A stretch of DNA of 64,000 nt from positions 2,654,513 through 2,718,512 of the forward strand of contig OZ260101.1 in the NCBI GenBank assembly GCA_965284605.1. Direction: 5' to 3'. Below the pieces are notes generated by a model, which saw only the letters and a program-made list of their open reading frames with translations, did no database searches and had not been told where the DNA came from. How positions within the stretch are numbered: the stretch's first letter is position 1; each line of letters opens with the position of its first letter. This document shows, one piece after another, positions 21,001 to 27,115 of the stretch. The stretch comes from Cyclobacteriaceae bacterium (GTDB lineage Bacteria > Bacteroidota > Bacteroidia > Cytophagales > Cyclobacteriaceae). A program made the translations under genes and the position numbers.

Positions 21001-22006
21001 TGTTACTCCAAATCAACAGTTAACAATAACTATTAGTCTCCCTGAAAACTCGTTAACAGATATAGCAGGAAACCCGAATTTGAATGGTTTGGTAAGTGAA
21101 ATTCCATTCAATGCTCCCCCGACAGACATAAGCCTGTCTTCTCTCTCCATCGATGAGAACAGTGTTTCGCCAGAGATTGTAGGCATGTTGTCAACCACAG
21201 ACATCAATCTGGCCGATGTTCATCAATACACTCTGCTATCAGGGGGCGATGAATTTGCCGTGAACCTTGATGCCCTAATGCTTCGCCCAGATGTTGATTT
21301 AGATTTTGAAACTAAATCGAGCTATGACATTCGTTTGAAAACGGATGATGGGAATGGTGGTGTTTTCGAGAAAGACTTTGTGATCTCAATTAACGACATC
21401 AATGAGGTGCCAACCGATATGTTACTGAGTAATCAAATACTGACCGAATCGGACGATTTAGATCAATTCTTGGGAGTCTTATCGACTATTGATCAAGATA
21501 ACAATGAGGTGTTTAGTTACGCGCTAGTCGATGGAGCAGGAGATGATCACAATGAATTTTTCAGACTTGAGACAGATGAGATCTACACGATGCGCATGAT
21601 CAATTTTGAAGAGACAGCAGTCTTGACTATTCGGGTGCAAGTCACCGACAAGGGAGGACTCACTTTTGAAAAAATCTTTGAAATAGCAGTCGGAGATATT
21701 GAATTAGAACCTCTTAGAGACTTTACGAAAGACTCGCCTGATGCTAGAATAAAGAATTTCTTCACGCCAAATGGTGATGGTATAAATGACTTTTGGGTGA
21801 TAGAAGACATTCGAGACAATCCTATCAATACAGTAAAGGTCTGGTCTCAGGATGGGCAACTATTGTTTGAAGCTAACAATTATCAGAACGATTGGGCTGG
21901 AACTTACAAATCTCAAAGGCTCCCGAGTGGCTCCTATTACTATGAAGTGAACATCTACAACGGAGAAGCCATCATTAGAGGCATACTCTTAATTCTTGAA
22001 AAATAA
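9095..22006 (+). CDS. Giant (4303 aa) cell-surface adhesin-like protein: Ig-like repeat array, cadherin-like domains, T9SS type-B C-terminal sorting domain
   Basis: One uninterrupted 12.9-kb ORF. I count about 37 repeats of ~95 aa with the signature (G)PFTATFTFSExVTGF...D(I/L)...NG...Y(T/S)xxxTP...G...(V/L)...D.AGN.N. The start is uncertain: ATG at 9095, 9107 or 9200 (the last gives MVMLACLMLGTQVQLKA). Confidence 0.9.
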   Translation: MARQMLKQITHSLLELVAAYAARSSATRSKYLSCWMVMLACLMLGTQVQLKANTSIPSEDLPFAPTVTSITVSGNPNIAATNISFVVTFSESVTGVDLSDFEIDKTSLVSATLSSISGSGSVYTVNLTDVGGFGPLSIDLKASGSGISGVSGPIADGFKDGAFHLVGETYDITQAIYTGERDDLNVESQTEVPYSLDFDDTGLKLFVLAPITSGATIFEYDLSAPYDISTASYAGDVESFTYSEPGLTFDFQFNGDGTKLYFLEGFRSGRITTFTLSTPYDVSTAVDAGSTITTTIPGLRMSLRFNQLGSKMYVIGTSSALVYSYNLSTNFDVSTAVVSGAPFSLVADGISTNLTSISFTPDGERFFASANRQTLEYALTTPFDLSTASLLRRSTISNTAGSFYFLDLEFNSDGTKVFVLEAGSIVGIRTETMEEYSLAEPVITGSVIDQNVNDNASISPFASIIVADPNQDPVSALITLDDDSKGTLSGNGLSGTGPYTMASTDFATLQNQLRALSFVPTANRVAIGSTEKTTFTLELSDGVLSDTDIFSSVISNPVAPSATISSAEGTVTNGAFTTTITFTESVSGFEASDLVMANGTAGTLSTNDNITYTTTVTPTPGFNGSLTIDLPANRVQDAGASDNVAASQFSIQIDQQSPGVAISTSAVAPATGPFLVTITFDEAVTGFNSSDIIVVNGVIDGFTTVSTTEYTLNITPSATGTITVNVPADAAQDAAENGNTAATEFTIAASLTNPSVIIESASNSAINGAFDVTFTFSEAVTNFIAADVTATNATVGALSTADGGLTYTGTITPVASGVVVLSVPSDVAESIATGNGNSVSSPFNRTFDNTGPTVGISSGVGATNGPFTTTFTFSEDVTGFGLDDITLGNGTASNLATLSATTYTVTITPNSDFNGVLTIDVAADRVNDLAGNGNTISSQKTVTIDQTKPSVSVSTNVAGSETNQTSYTATFTFSEDVTGFDLSDIIVTNGVKSNFVQVSASVYTATISPTVQGPVVVNVPADRAQDTSGNNNTASNNSTLIYDFTQPLVNISGSALENGPFTATFTFTEVVTGFAAGDIQITNGTVSNLTSADGITYTALITPAADGALTLSVTGSTVLDNAGNSNPASDTFTTSIDSSVPTVSVSGPAGPVNGDFTTTFTFSEEVNGFVNTDVSLVNATMGALSTSDNITYTATVTPTSDGNVQIDVPSGAVSDNAGNNNSASNSYTVVSDLTRPTVTITTLGSATATSFRPINVSVTFSEDVTGFDASDLNLSGGTIASFTANSPSAYTIRVTPDNPSAGNIFVNVAENVAQDLASNGNTAATELEFTVDQVSPVLTIDTGLPSGTTNAAYTATFTFSEPVTGFELSDLEIINGTLSDFVQTDASNYSVLVTPTSDGTVTLNVAARAGIDEARLGNDAVSSSVTFDGSQPTVSVTTDVATGRTNSPFTATITFSEDVTGFAFDDIEVTNGSASDFTVTTTDRVFTVLITPAADGDVIIRVPAEAAADGVGNLNTLGETTIIADTVSPEVIITSTISNGVTIDPFLVVINFNDKVNDFDINDITVSNGIVSNFITLLPRLTFQVLITPTVGGDVTVDVLANVVQDLAGNPNLASNTLSINYDLIRPTVVVTSERSSVNGPFTATFTFDEDVVNFDINDIGLTNGSASDFAVVSPSVYTARITPLSASQVRVSVPSNAAEDLVGNKSQASFILNVNIDSTAPTVTVSGPGNDVRSAFTATITFSEDVTGFELSDISASNASLSNFSQVNGRTYNVTVTPTLEGLVTLQIPAEAAIDVATNQSTESNLLSINYDATRPSVVVSSAADRVNGPFTATFTFDEDVLNFDVNDIGLTNGAASDFIVVSPSVYTATITPQSESIVRVSVPSNTANDAAGNVNQASSILNLAADFTRPTSQLSQPATHVNTAFTTTITFSEAMTNFDLGDLTITNGTASNLVAVNSSSFTATITPAADGLVTVGLAENVANDLAGNGNIAAPTVSTTFDGTRPSLAIITSADPANGPFTATFTFSEAVTGFEETDINITNGTISNFTEVSPGVYTATVTPAADGTVTVEVPADVAQDSADNGNEASSSSVVFDSARPSLTIATSADPANGPFTATFTFSEAVTGFEASDITITNGTVGSLSTSDNITYTTTITPTTSFTGSLTLDVFENLAEDSAGNGNTPASQRTIAVDQSRPSVSVSVPSGPVNGPFTATFTFDEPVTGFEETDINLTNGTLSDFTEVSPGVYTATVTPTADGTVTVEVPADVAQDTAGNGNEASSSSVTFDSSRPSLTITTSADPANGPFTATFTFSEAVTGFEVSDITITNGTVGTLTTSDNITYTSTITPTTSFTGSLTLDVFENLAEDSAGNGNTPASQRTIAVDQSRPNVSITAPSGPVNGPFTATFTFDEPVTGFEETDINLTNGTLRDFTEVSPGVYTATVTPTADGTVTVELPADVAQDSAGNGNEASSSSVVFDSARPSLAITTSADPANEPFTATFTFSEVVTGFEASDITITNGIVGTLTTSDNITYASTITPTTSFTGSLTLDVFEDLAEDSAGNGNTPASQRTIAVDQSRPSVSVSVPSGPVNGAFTATFTFSEAVTGFEASDITITNGTVGLLSTADNITYTTTITPTTSFTGSLTLDVFENLAEDSAGNGNTPASQRIIAVDQSRPGITVSVPSGPANGPFTATFTFDEPVTGFEETDINLTNGTLSDFTEVSPGVYTATVTPTADGTVTVEVPADVAQDSAGNGNEASSTSINFDSSAPSLVITTSADPANGPFTATFTFSEAVTGFEVSDINLTNGTLSNFTEVSPGVYTATVTPTADGTVTVEVPADVAQDSAGNGNEASSTSINFDSSAPSLVITTSADPANGPFTATFTFSEAVTGFEVSDINLTNGTLSNFTGVSPGVYTATVTPTADGTVTVEVPADVAQDSAGNGNEASSTSINFDSSAPSLVITTSADPANGPFTATFTFSEAVTGFEVSDINLTNGTLSNFTEVSPGVYTATVTPTADGTVTVEVPADVAQDSAGNGNEASSSSVVFDSARPSLTIATSADPANGPFTATFTFSEAVTGFEASDINLTNGTLSDFTEVSPGVYTATVTPTADGTVTVELPADVVQDSAGNGNEASSSSVVFDSARPSLAITSSADPANGPFTATFTFSEAVTGFEASDINLTNGTLSDFTEVSPGVYTATVTPTADGTVSVEVPADVAQDSAGNGNEASSTTSTTFDSARPSLTIATSADPANGPFTATFTFSEVVTGFEASDITITNGTVGSLSTADNITYTTTITPTTSFTGSLTLDVFENLAEDSAGNGNTPASQRTIAVDQSRPSVSVSVLSGPANGPFTATFTFSEAVTGFEASDINLINGTLSNFTEVSPGVYTATVTPAADGTVTVEVPADVAQDSAGNGNEVSSSSVLFDSARPSLAITSSADPANGPFTATFTFSEAVTGFEASDITITNGTVGSLSTADNITYTSTITPTTSFTGSLTLDVFENLAEDSAGNGNTPASQRTIAVDQSRPSVSVSVPSGPANGPFTVTFTFDEPVIGFEASDINLTNGTLSNFTEVSPGVYTATVTPAADGTVSVEVPADVAQDSAGNGNEASSSSVTFDSARPSLTIATSADPANGPFTATFTFSEAVTGFEASDITITNGTVGSLSTSDNITYTTTITPTTSFTGSLTLDVFENLAEDSAGNGNTPASQRTIAVDQSRPSVSVSVPSGPANGPFTATFTFSEAVTGFEVSDITVTNGVANNLIEVSPGVYTATITPTTSFTGNLTLNIAADVAIDRAGNGNTPASQLIITIDQSQSNVLITGPEGPLNEPFTVTFTFSKNVTGFEVNNISIINGRISGFLKIESGVFTALVTPIADGEVTIQVPANVAEDSLGNGNLISNAFIVLADLINPVLVVQDVPTVVNSLNSFTVTYLADESVKDFDISDLEAVNATLSEFEIINDRTFQVTVTPNQQLTITISLPENSLTDIAGNPNLNGLVSEIPFNAPPTDISLSSLSIDENSVSPEIVGMLSTTDINLADVHQYTLLSGGDEFAVNLDALMLRPDVDLDFETKSSYDIRLKTDDGNGGVFEKDFVISINDINEVPTDMLLSNQILTESDDLDQFLGVLSTIDQDNNEVFSYALVDGAGDDHNEFFRLETDEIYTMRMINFEETAVLTIRVQVTDKGGLTFEKIFEIAVGDIELEPLRDFTKDSPDARIKNFFTPNGDGINDFWVIEDIRDNPINTVKVWSQDGQLLFEANNYQNDWAGTYKSQRLPSGSYYYEVNIYNGEAIIRGILLILEK
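9602..10408 (+). other. Beta-propeller-like repeat region inside the giant protein (about 5-6 units of ~50 aa ending in (Y/F)D(I/V/L)STA)
   Basis: The motifs recur as YDITQA, LSAPYDISTA, LSTPYDVSTA, LSTNFDVSTA and TTPFDLSTA. Each is preceded by a F..DG(T/S)K(L/M/V)(Y/F)(V/F)L-type strand. Confidence 0.45.
15109..20545 (+). repeat. Block of 19 very similar in-frame Ig-like domain cassettes (282-291 bp units; 573-bp two-domain periodicity in places)
   Basis: The protein repeats fall into two cassette types: ...INLTNGTLSxFTEVSPGVYTATVTP.ADGTVTVEVPADVAQDSAGNGNEASS... and ...ITITNGTVGSLSTxDNITYTTTITPTTSFTGSLTLDVFENLAEDSAGNGNTPASQRTIAVDQS.... The spurious antisense ORFs on the track recur at 573-bp and 282-bp spacing. 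Confidence 0.9.
21110..21712 (+). other. Two cadherin-like domains of the giant protein
   Basis: The segments run NAPPTDISLSSLSIDENS...YDIRLKTDDGNGGVFEKDFVISINDINEVPTDMLLSNQILTESDD...LTIRVQVTDKGGLTFEKIFEIAVGDIE. The DxNDxxP / DxD-type patterns are typical of cadherin repeats. Confidence 0.6.
21758..22003 (+). other. T9SS type-B C-terminal sorting domain (gliding-motility-associated CTD)
   Basis: FFTPNGDGINDFWVIEDIRDNPINTVKVWSQDGQLLFEANNYQNDWAGTYKSQRLPSGSYYYEVNI matches the remembered signature (F)TPNGDGxND...W(D/A)G...LP.G(T/S)YYY. Confidence 0.8.
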
Positions 22007-22015
22007 TATATAAGT

Positions 22016-23650
22016 ATGAAACGCTGGCAAAAATATGTTTCCGTATACCTATTGATGACCTGTGGCTTTCTGGCTAATGCTCAGCAAGTTCCGTTGATTA
22101 ATCAGTACTTTAGAATTCCCACCTTGGCTTATGCGTCATCTAGTTCATTCGAAAGAAGGCCAGTGCTTAGTATGTTTTACCGAGGGCAGTGGTCAAACTT
22201 AGTTGGTGCTCCTGAGACGCTTGCTATAAACTATACAAATCCATTAGATAGAACGATTTCCTATAATATTAACCTCAGTAGTTTTAAGCTGGGTGTTTTA
22301 AATCAGAACCATTTCTCCGCTGGTATTTCGAGGGCCTTTATAGCAGGCGGTCATTATTTTTCACTGGGTGCAGAATTAGGAGGCTCACTCTTTTCATTAA
22401 ATGATGATAGGATTAGCGTTGAAACAATCAGTGATCAATTGCTTCAACAGTTAATAGGTAATACGGGAATTGGAGTCTTTGTGAATCCATCCGTCTCGTA
22501 CAGGTATGGCACCTTTTCAATGAATTTTGCCATGCCGGGATTAATCAGGGAGAGTATCTCAAACGATAGTTACGCAAGGTTAAATAGTGATAATCAAGCT
22601 GATTACCTGTTAAACTTTGCTTATGCTATGGCCTTGGATTCAAAGGAAAAGATAATTTTTACTCCTTCGGTGACTTGGCGAAACCAAGTGTTACTAGGAA
22701 GTCAATTCGATGTAATGGCTTCTCTCGACTTTGATCAAAAATTTCAGGTAACAGGAGGATATCGAGATGAATTTGGCTCCACGATTGGCGTAGGTGTTAG
22801 GGTGAAAGAAAATATCCATTTTACCTATAACTATGAGTTCGGGAAAAAAGGTGTACCCTTTATTTCAGATGGGTTTAGTGAAATAGCGCTTCATTTTTCA
22901 TTTAAAAATCAAGAAGAAAAATCTAGGGAGCTTGAAAAAGAAGCACTAGAAATCGTAAAGGTGCTACAAGGAAGAGGGATTTATAACCCAGACTTGATTG
23001 GCAATGCGGACCGTGAGATACTAATGAAATATCTGTTTTCGATTCAGGGTGGAAATAAAAAGCAAAGAGGCGAATTGGCCGAACAAGCTTTCGGAATTTT
23101 ATTACAGCGTATTGAGCAAAATGGTAGAAAAAGACTCGCTGCCGAAGCAATTCAAAGAAAGGCAACAGCTGATAGTTTGATACGTGTGCAAGAAGAGTTG
23201 GCTTTGCAGGCCGCTGAGGAAGAGAGAAAAAGGCTGTTGGATATTGAATTACAAGCGCTAAAGGAAAGGGAGGCCATTGAACTAAAAAGGGACGAGAGGA
23301 TTAATAGGGCATTGTCACTGGCTACTGAGTCAATTTCTTTTAATTCTGGAAGTGCAATTCTGGAACCATCATCATTCAGCTCTCTAGAAGCTGTGGTAGA
23401 ACTCTTAAATATTCATCCAGAGATAAGGCTAAAATTGATGGGTTTCACGGACGATAGCGGAGATGTTATGGAAAACCTAAACTTGTCTCAGAAAAGAGCT
23501 GAAGCTGTGAGGAATTATATGATTTCAAGTGGTATATCTTCAGACCGATTGTTTTCTGAAGGTTTTGGGAATGCTTACCCAAGAGCTTCTAATAATACTC
23601 CAGCAGGTAGAAAGTTAAACAGAAGGGTAGAAATGAAGATCATTAAGTAA
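22016..23650 (+). CDS. PorP/SprF-family T9SS membrane protein fused to a coiled-coil linker and a C-terminal OmpA-like domain
   Basis: The gene starts 9 nt after the adhesin stop. The N-terminus QQVPLINQYFRIPTLAYAS...LSMFYRGQWSNLVGAPETLAINY shows the PorP/SprF pattern. The C-terminus ISFNSGSAILEP...LMGFTDDSGD...NLNLSQKRAEAV...NRRVEMKI shows the OmpA_C pattern. Confidence 0.8.
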   Translation: MKRWQKYVSVYLLMTCGFLANAQQVPLINQYFRIPTLAYASSSSFERRPVLSMFYRGQWSNLVGAPETLAINYTNPLDRTISYNINLSSFKLGVLNQNHFSAGISRAFIAGGHYFSLGAELGGSLFSLNDDRISVETISDQLLQQLIGNTGIGVFVNPSVSYRYGTFSMNFAMPGLIRESISNDSYARLNSDNQADYLLNFAYAMALDSKEKIIFTPSVTWRNQVLLGSQFDVMASLDFDQKFQVTGGYRDEFGSTIGVGVRVKENIHFTYNYEFGKKGVPFISDGFSEIALHFSFKNQEEKSRELEKEALEIVKVLQGRGIYNPDLIGNADREILMKYLFSIQGGNKKQRGELAEQAFGILLQRIEQNGRKRLAAEAIQRKATADSLIRVQEELALQAAEEERKRLLDIELQALKEREAIELKRDERINRALSLATESISFNSGSAILEPSSFSSLEAVVELLNIHPEIRLKLMGFTDDSGDVMENLNLSQKRAEAVRNYMISSGISSDRLFSEGFGNAYPRASNNTPAGRKLNRRVEMKIIK

Positions 23651-23966
23651 AAGACGACCCTTTAATCAGTTCGAATTTCTGCGCTTGCTTTTATTACTAC
23701 TTCTTGGTGTTTTTTCGAACCCCTGCCTCCGTGAAAAGATGGTTATTCAATTACATTTTAATAGTCGAGCATGTTGACAGCGTGCTAGCATAATTTGTGT
23801 TTTGGTGTAAATATCGTAGGGGCAATCTATACGAGATTGTTCTTACTGTATTTACGAAAATTAAGTTCAGGTCTTTTCCCATCTATCAGGATAACATTTT
23901 AAAATCCTTCAACTTCAGCCTTCCCTTTTTTAGCAACCTTACTCAACAGCTTTCCCGATTGTAAAT

Positions 23967-23994
23967 GCAAAAAGCCCAAGCATTTGCTCAGGCT
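23967..23994 (-). terminator. Intrinsic terminator downstream of the tRNA
   Basis: On the minus strand the hairpin gcctgagca-aa-tgcttgggc is followed by TTTTT. Confidence 0.6.
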
Positions 23995-24005
23995 TTTCGA
24001 CTCTG

Positions 24006-24078
<73 letters not shown>

Positions 24079-24172
24079 ATGTATCAACTTCGAACGATTT
24101 CCGAAGTGGGATACAAATGTAGGTGACAAATCCATTCGAAACAAGTACCTTTGCGACTTAATTTTTGAGTAA

Positions 24173-25060
24173 ATGAGTGATCAACCCCATAAGGCTGGTT
24201 TTGTGAGTATTATAGGTAAGCCCAACGTAGGTAAATCTACCTTGATGAACGCCCTAGTGGGTGAAAGGCTGTCAATTATCACCTCTAAAGCGCAGACCAC
24301 AAGACACCGTATTATGGGTATTCTAAGTGGTGAAAACTTTCAAATCATTTACTCTGATACTCCCGGTATTTTAAAGCCTGAGTATAAACTTCATGACTCG
24401 ATGATGAGCTTTGTCAATAGCTCCTTCGAGGATGCGGATGTGATTCTGTTTGTGGCAGATCTCTATGAGAAATTTGAAGATGAAAAACAGATCAATTTTC
24501 TCAAAGAGAAGAAGGTACCAGTCATTCTTGTGATGAACAAGATTGACCTTTCAAAAGGTAGTCAGGCCGAAGACAAGGCAGCCTATTGGCAAGAAATGTT
24601 CGACTTTGACGATGTTATTCTGGTTTCAGCATTAGAGAAGGAAAATATTGAAACACTTTTTGAAAGTATTCTGAAACACTTACCAGAACATCCAGAGTAT
24701 TTTCCGAAAGATACTTTGACTGATAAACCAGAACGCTTTTTTGTAGATGAAATCATTAGAGAGAAAATCTTCTTAAACTATAAAAAGGAAGTGCCTTACA
24801 GCTGCCAAGTAGTGACGGGAGAGTTTAAGGAAGATGAGAAGATCATAAGAATTCGAGCGGAAATCTACGTAGAGCGGAAGAGCCAGAAGGGGATTATTAT
24901 AGGGCATAAAGGTGAGGCAATCAAGAAGGTCGGAATTGAGGCAAGAAAAGACCTTGAGACTTTTTTCGGAAAGCAGGTACATTTAGAGACCTTTGTGAAG
25001 GTAGAACAAGATTGGAGAAAGAAAGAAATGAAATTAAAGGGTTTCGGATACTCTAATTGA
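24173..25060 (+). CDS. era: GTPase Era
   Basis: The product carries GFVSIIGKPNVGKSTLMNALVG...AQTTRHRI...DTPG...NKID and a C-terminal KH-like region. The 295-aa length is typical. Confidence 0.93.
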   Translation: MSDQPHKAGFVSIIGKPNVGKSTLMNALVGERLSIITSKAQTTRHRIMGILSGENFQIIYSDTPGILKPEYKLHDSMMSFVNSSFEDADVILFVADLYEKFEDEKQINFLKEKKVPVILVMNKIDLSKGSQAEDKAAYWQEMFDFDDVILVSALEKENIETLFESILKHLPEHPEYFPKDTLTDKPERFFVDEIIREKIFLNYKKEVPYSCQVVTGEFKEDEKIIRIRAEIYVERKSQKGIIIGHKGEAIKKVGIEARKDLETFFGKQVHLETFVKVEQDWRKKEMKLKGFGYSN

Positions 25061-25143
25061 CGAATTACGAATTTTGATTGACGAATTATCGGATGATCCA
25101 TTAGGCTCATTCGTATCTCGTACATCAACAATCTAAAATTGAA

Positions 25144-26451
25144 ATGGCAAATATTGTAGCAATAGTAGGCAGACCAAATGTTGGTAAATCGACCTTTTTT
25201 AACAGATTGGTTGAGAGAAGGCAGGCCATCATGGATAATGAAAGTGGCGTAACCCGCGATCGTCATTATGGATATGGGGAATGGGTTGGAAAGCATTTCA
25301 CGGTAATTGACACTGGTGGATATGTTACCGGTTCGGAAGATGTGTTTGAAGGAGCAATCCGCGAACAGGTCGAAGAAGCGATGAATGAAGCTTCGGTAAT
25401 TGTCTTTATGGCCGACTGCCATGATGGCTTGACGGGCTTAGATCAAGATTTTGCCAAGATTGTAAGAGGACTGAAAAAGCCAGTCATTGTTGCAGCAAAT
25501 AAAGCTGACACAGCTGAGTGGTCTTATCAATCTAGCGAGTTTTATGGACTAGGCTTAGGTGAAGTTTTCCCGATTGCTTCATCAAGTGGAAGTGGAACGG
25601 GAGAGCTCTTAGACGAGGTGGTTAAACACTTTGAAGATGATGGCAACGAAAACCCCGAAGATGGCATTCCTAGAATAGCAATTCTCGGTAGGCCGAATGC
25701 CGGAAAGTCTTCATTCATGAATGCCATTTTGGGTAAGGAAAGGACCATTGTTACGGATGTAGCAGGTACGACCCGAGACTCTATCAATACACATTATACG
25801 CTCTTTGGCAAAGATTTTATACTGACGGACACAGCAGGTGTACGGAAAAAGTCAAGAGTTCATGAGGACATTGAGTTCTATTCAGTCATGCGTGCCTTGC
25901 AAGCTTTACAAGACTCTGATGTGTGCGTAATTATGATCGATTGTACGCGTGGTTTAGAGTCACAAGACATGAACCTGATCAGTTTGGCACTGAAGTATAA
26001 GAAAGGCCTCATGCTTATGCTGAACAAGTGGGATTTAGTCGAGAAAGACTCCAATACCATGAACAAGTTCAAAACTGATCTTACCGAAAAGTTAGGGCAC
26101 CTGAATTGGATACCACAGATTTTTACCTCGGTCACTGAGAAACAGCGTATCTATCAGGCCATCGAAATGGCGGTAAAGGTTTATGAGAATAGAATTGGAA
26201 AGATTTCTACTTCACAATTAAATGATGCGCTACTACCTGCCATTGAGCACTACCCACCACCAGCATTGAAGGGTAAGCACATTAAGATCAAATACATAAC
26301 CCAACTGCCAACTCACTCACCAACAATTGCTTTCTTTTGTAATTTGCCTCAGTACATTAAGGCTCCGTACGAACGATATTTGGAGAATCAGATCAGAGAT
26401 AAGTTTGAGTTTGACGGGGTGCCAATAAAGCTAGTATTTAGGAAGAAGTAG
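25144..26451 (+). CDS. der: Ribosome-associated GTPase Der (EngA), double GTPase domain
   Basis: There are two G domains (GRPNVGKSTFFN...DTGG...NKAD and GRPNAGKSSFMN...DTAG...NKWD) plus a C-terminal KH-like domain. Confidence 0.93.
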   Translation: MANIVAIVGRPNVGKSTFFNRLVERRQAIMDNESGVTRDRHYGYGEWVGKHFTVIDTGGYVTGSEDVFEGAIREQVEEAMNEASVIVFMADCHDGLTGLDQDFAKIVRGLKKPVIVAANKADTAEWSYQSSEFYGLGLGEVFPIASSSGSGTGELLDEVVKHFEDDGNENPEDGIPRIAILGRPNAGKSSFMNAILGKERTIVTDVAGTTRDSINTHYTLFGKDFILTDTAGVRKKSRVHEDIEFYSVMRALQALQDSDVCVIMIDCTRGLESQDMNLISLALKYKKGLMLMLNKWDLVEKDSNTMNKFKTDLTEKLGHLNWIPQIFTSVTEKQRIYQAIEMAVKVYENRIGKISTSQLNDALLPAIEHYPPPALKGKHIKIKYITQLPTHSPTIAFFCNLPQYIKAPYERYLENQIRDKFEFDGVPIKLVFRKK

Positions 26452-26455
26452 TCAT

Positions 26456-27115
26456 TTACCAAAGCTGAAAAAATTCTTCGACTCGCCTTAGCTGTCTGCG
26501 AGTATAGAAGGATTCTTGAGGGTGATTTCTAGTGGAGTTTAGGAATGCATATGTGGCATCAAAGACTAAGTAACTAGCATATTTAGCATGCGTTTTTTGT
26601 TTGTCAGCAATAGTAGCTTCCCCTTGCCATATGAGTCTATCACTTTCAATAAGTCTCAATTCTATCGAGAGGGTTTTCTCATAGGTATGAAGCTCTGAAT
26701 ACTCTTGGATGAATTCCCCAGGGATGGTTACTTCGGCTCTCTCCTCCTTGCCTTCATTATTTTTAAAGGTCACTGTTTGTGTTTGGCTGGGTGCTTGTGT
26801 GGTGCTTTGGTTAACTGTTATAATTGGGCCGTTGACTTCAACCATCCAGTTTAATATGAATTTTGCTTTGCTCTCGTCCAGCGTGACCGAATACCCTAAC
26901 TTATGCAAACGGACCCTCAATTTTTTCACATAAGGCATTAGAGATAGATTATTTTTTGCAGCCCGATCATTTACATAGATTTGGGAAATCTTTGACTTAT
27001 CTAGGTTTTCAATTCCGTAGGCATCGGAGGTTATCTTAAGTTTGTAGAATAATTGAGCCGAGGCCTGAAAATGGAGTACAAAAAATATTGAGAGAAAATA
27101 AATGAATCGAGCCAT
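26456..27115 (-). CDS. Secreted protein of unknown function
   Basis: 219-aa ORF with a signal peptide MARFIYFLSIFFVLHFQASAQ. No motif was recognised. Confidence 0.6.
   Translation of the reverse strand: MARFIYFLSIFFVLHFQASAQLFYKLKITSDAYGIENLDKSKISQIYVNDRAAKNNLSLMPYVKKLRVRLHKLGYSVTLDESKAKFILNWMVEVNGPIITVNQSTTQAPSQTQTVTFKNNEGKEERAEVTIPGEFIQEYSELHTYEKTLSIELRLIESDRLIWQGEATIADKQKTHAKYASYLVFDATYAFLNSTRNHPQESFYTRRQLRRVEEFFQLW

Noticed and set aside
9124-21828. About 45 minus-strand ORFs of 60-190 aa inside the giant gene
   Set aside because: They lie antisense to one continuous 12.9-kb ORF with clear domain structure. They recur with the same 282/573-bp periodicity as the sense repeats and have repetitive low-complexity translations, so they are artefacts of repeat composition.
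24865-25422. 185-aa minus-strand ORF spanning the era-der junction
   Set aside because: It is antisense to two unmistakable conserved GTPase genes and to their spacer, and I recognise no motif in it.
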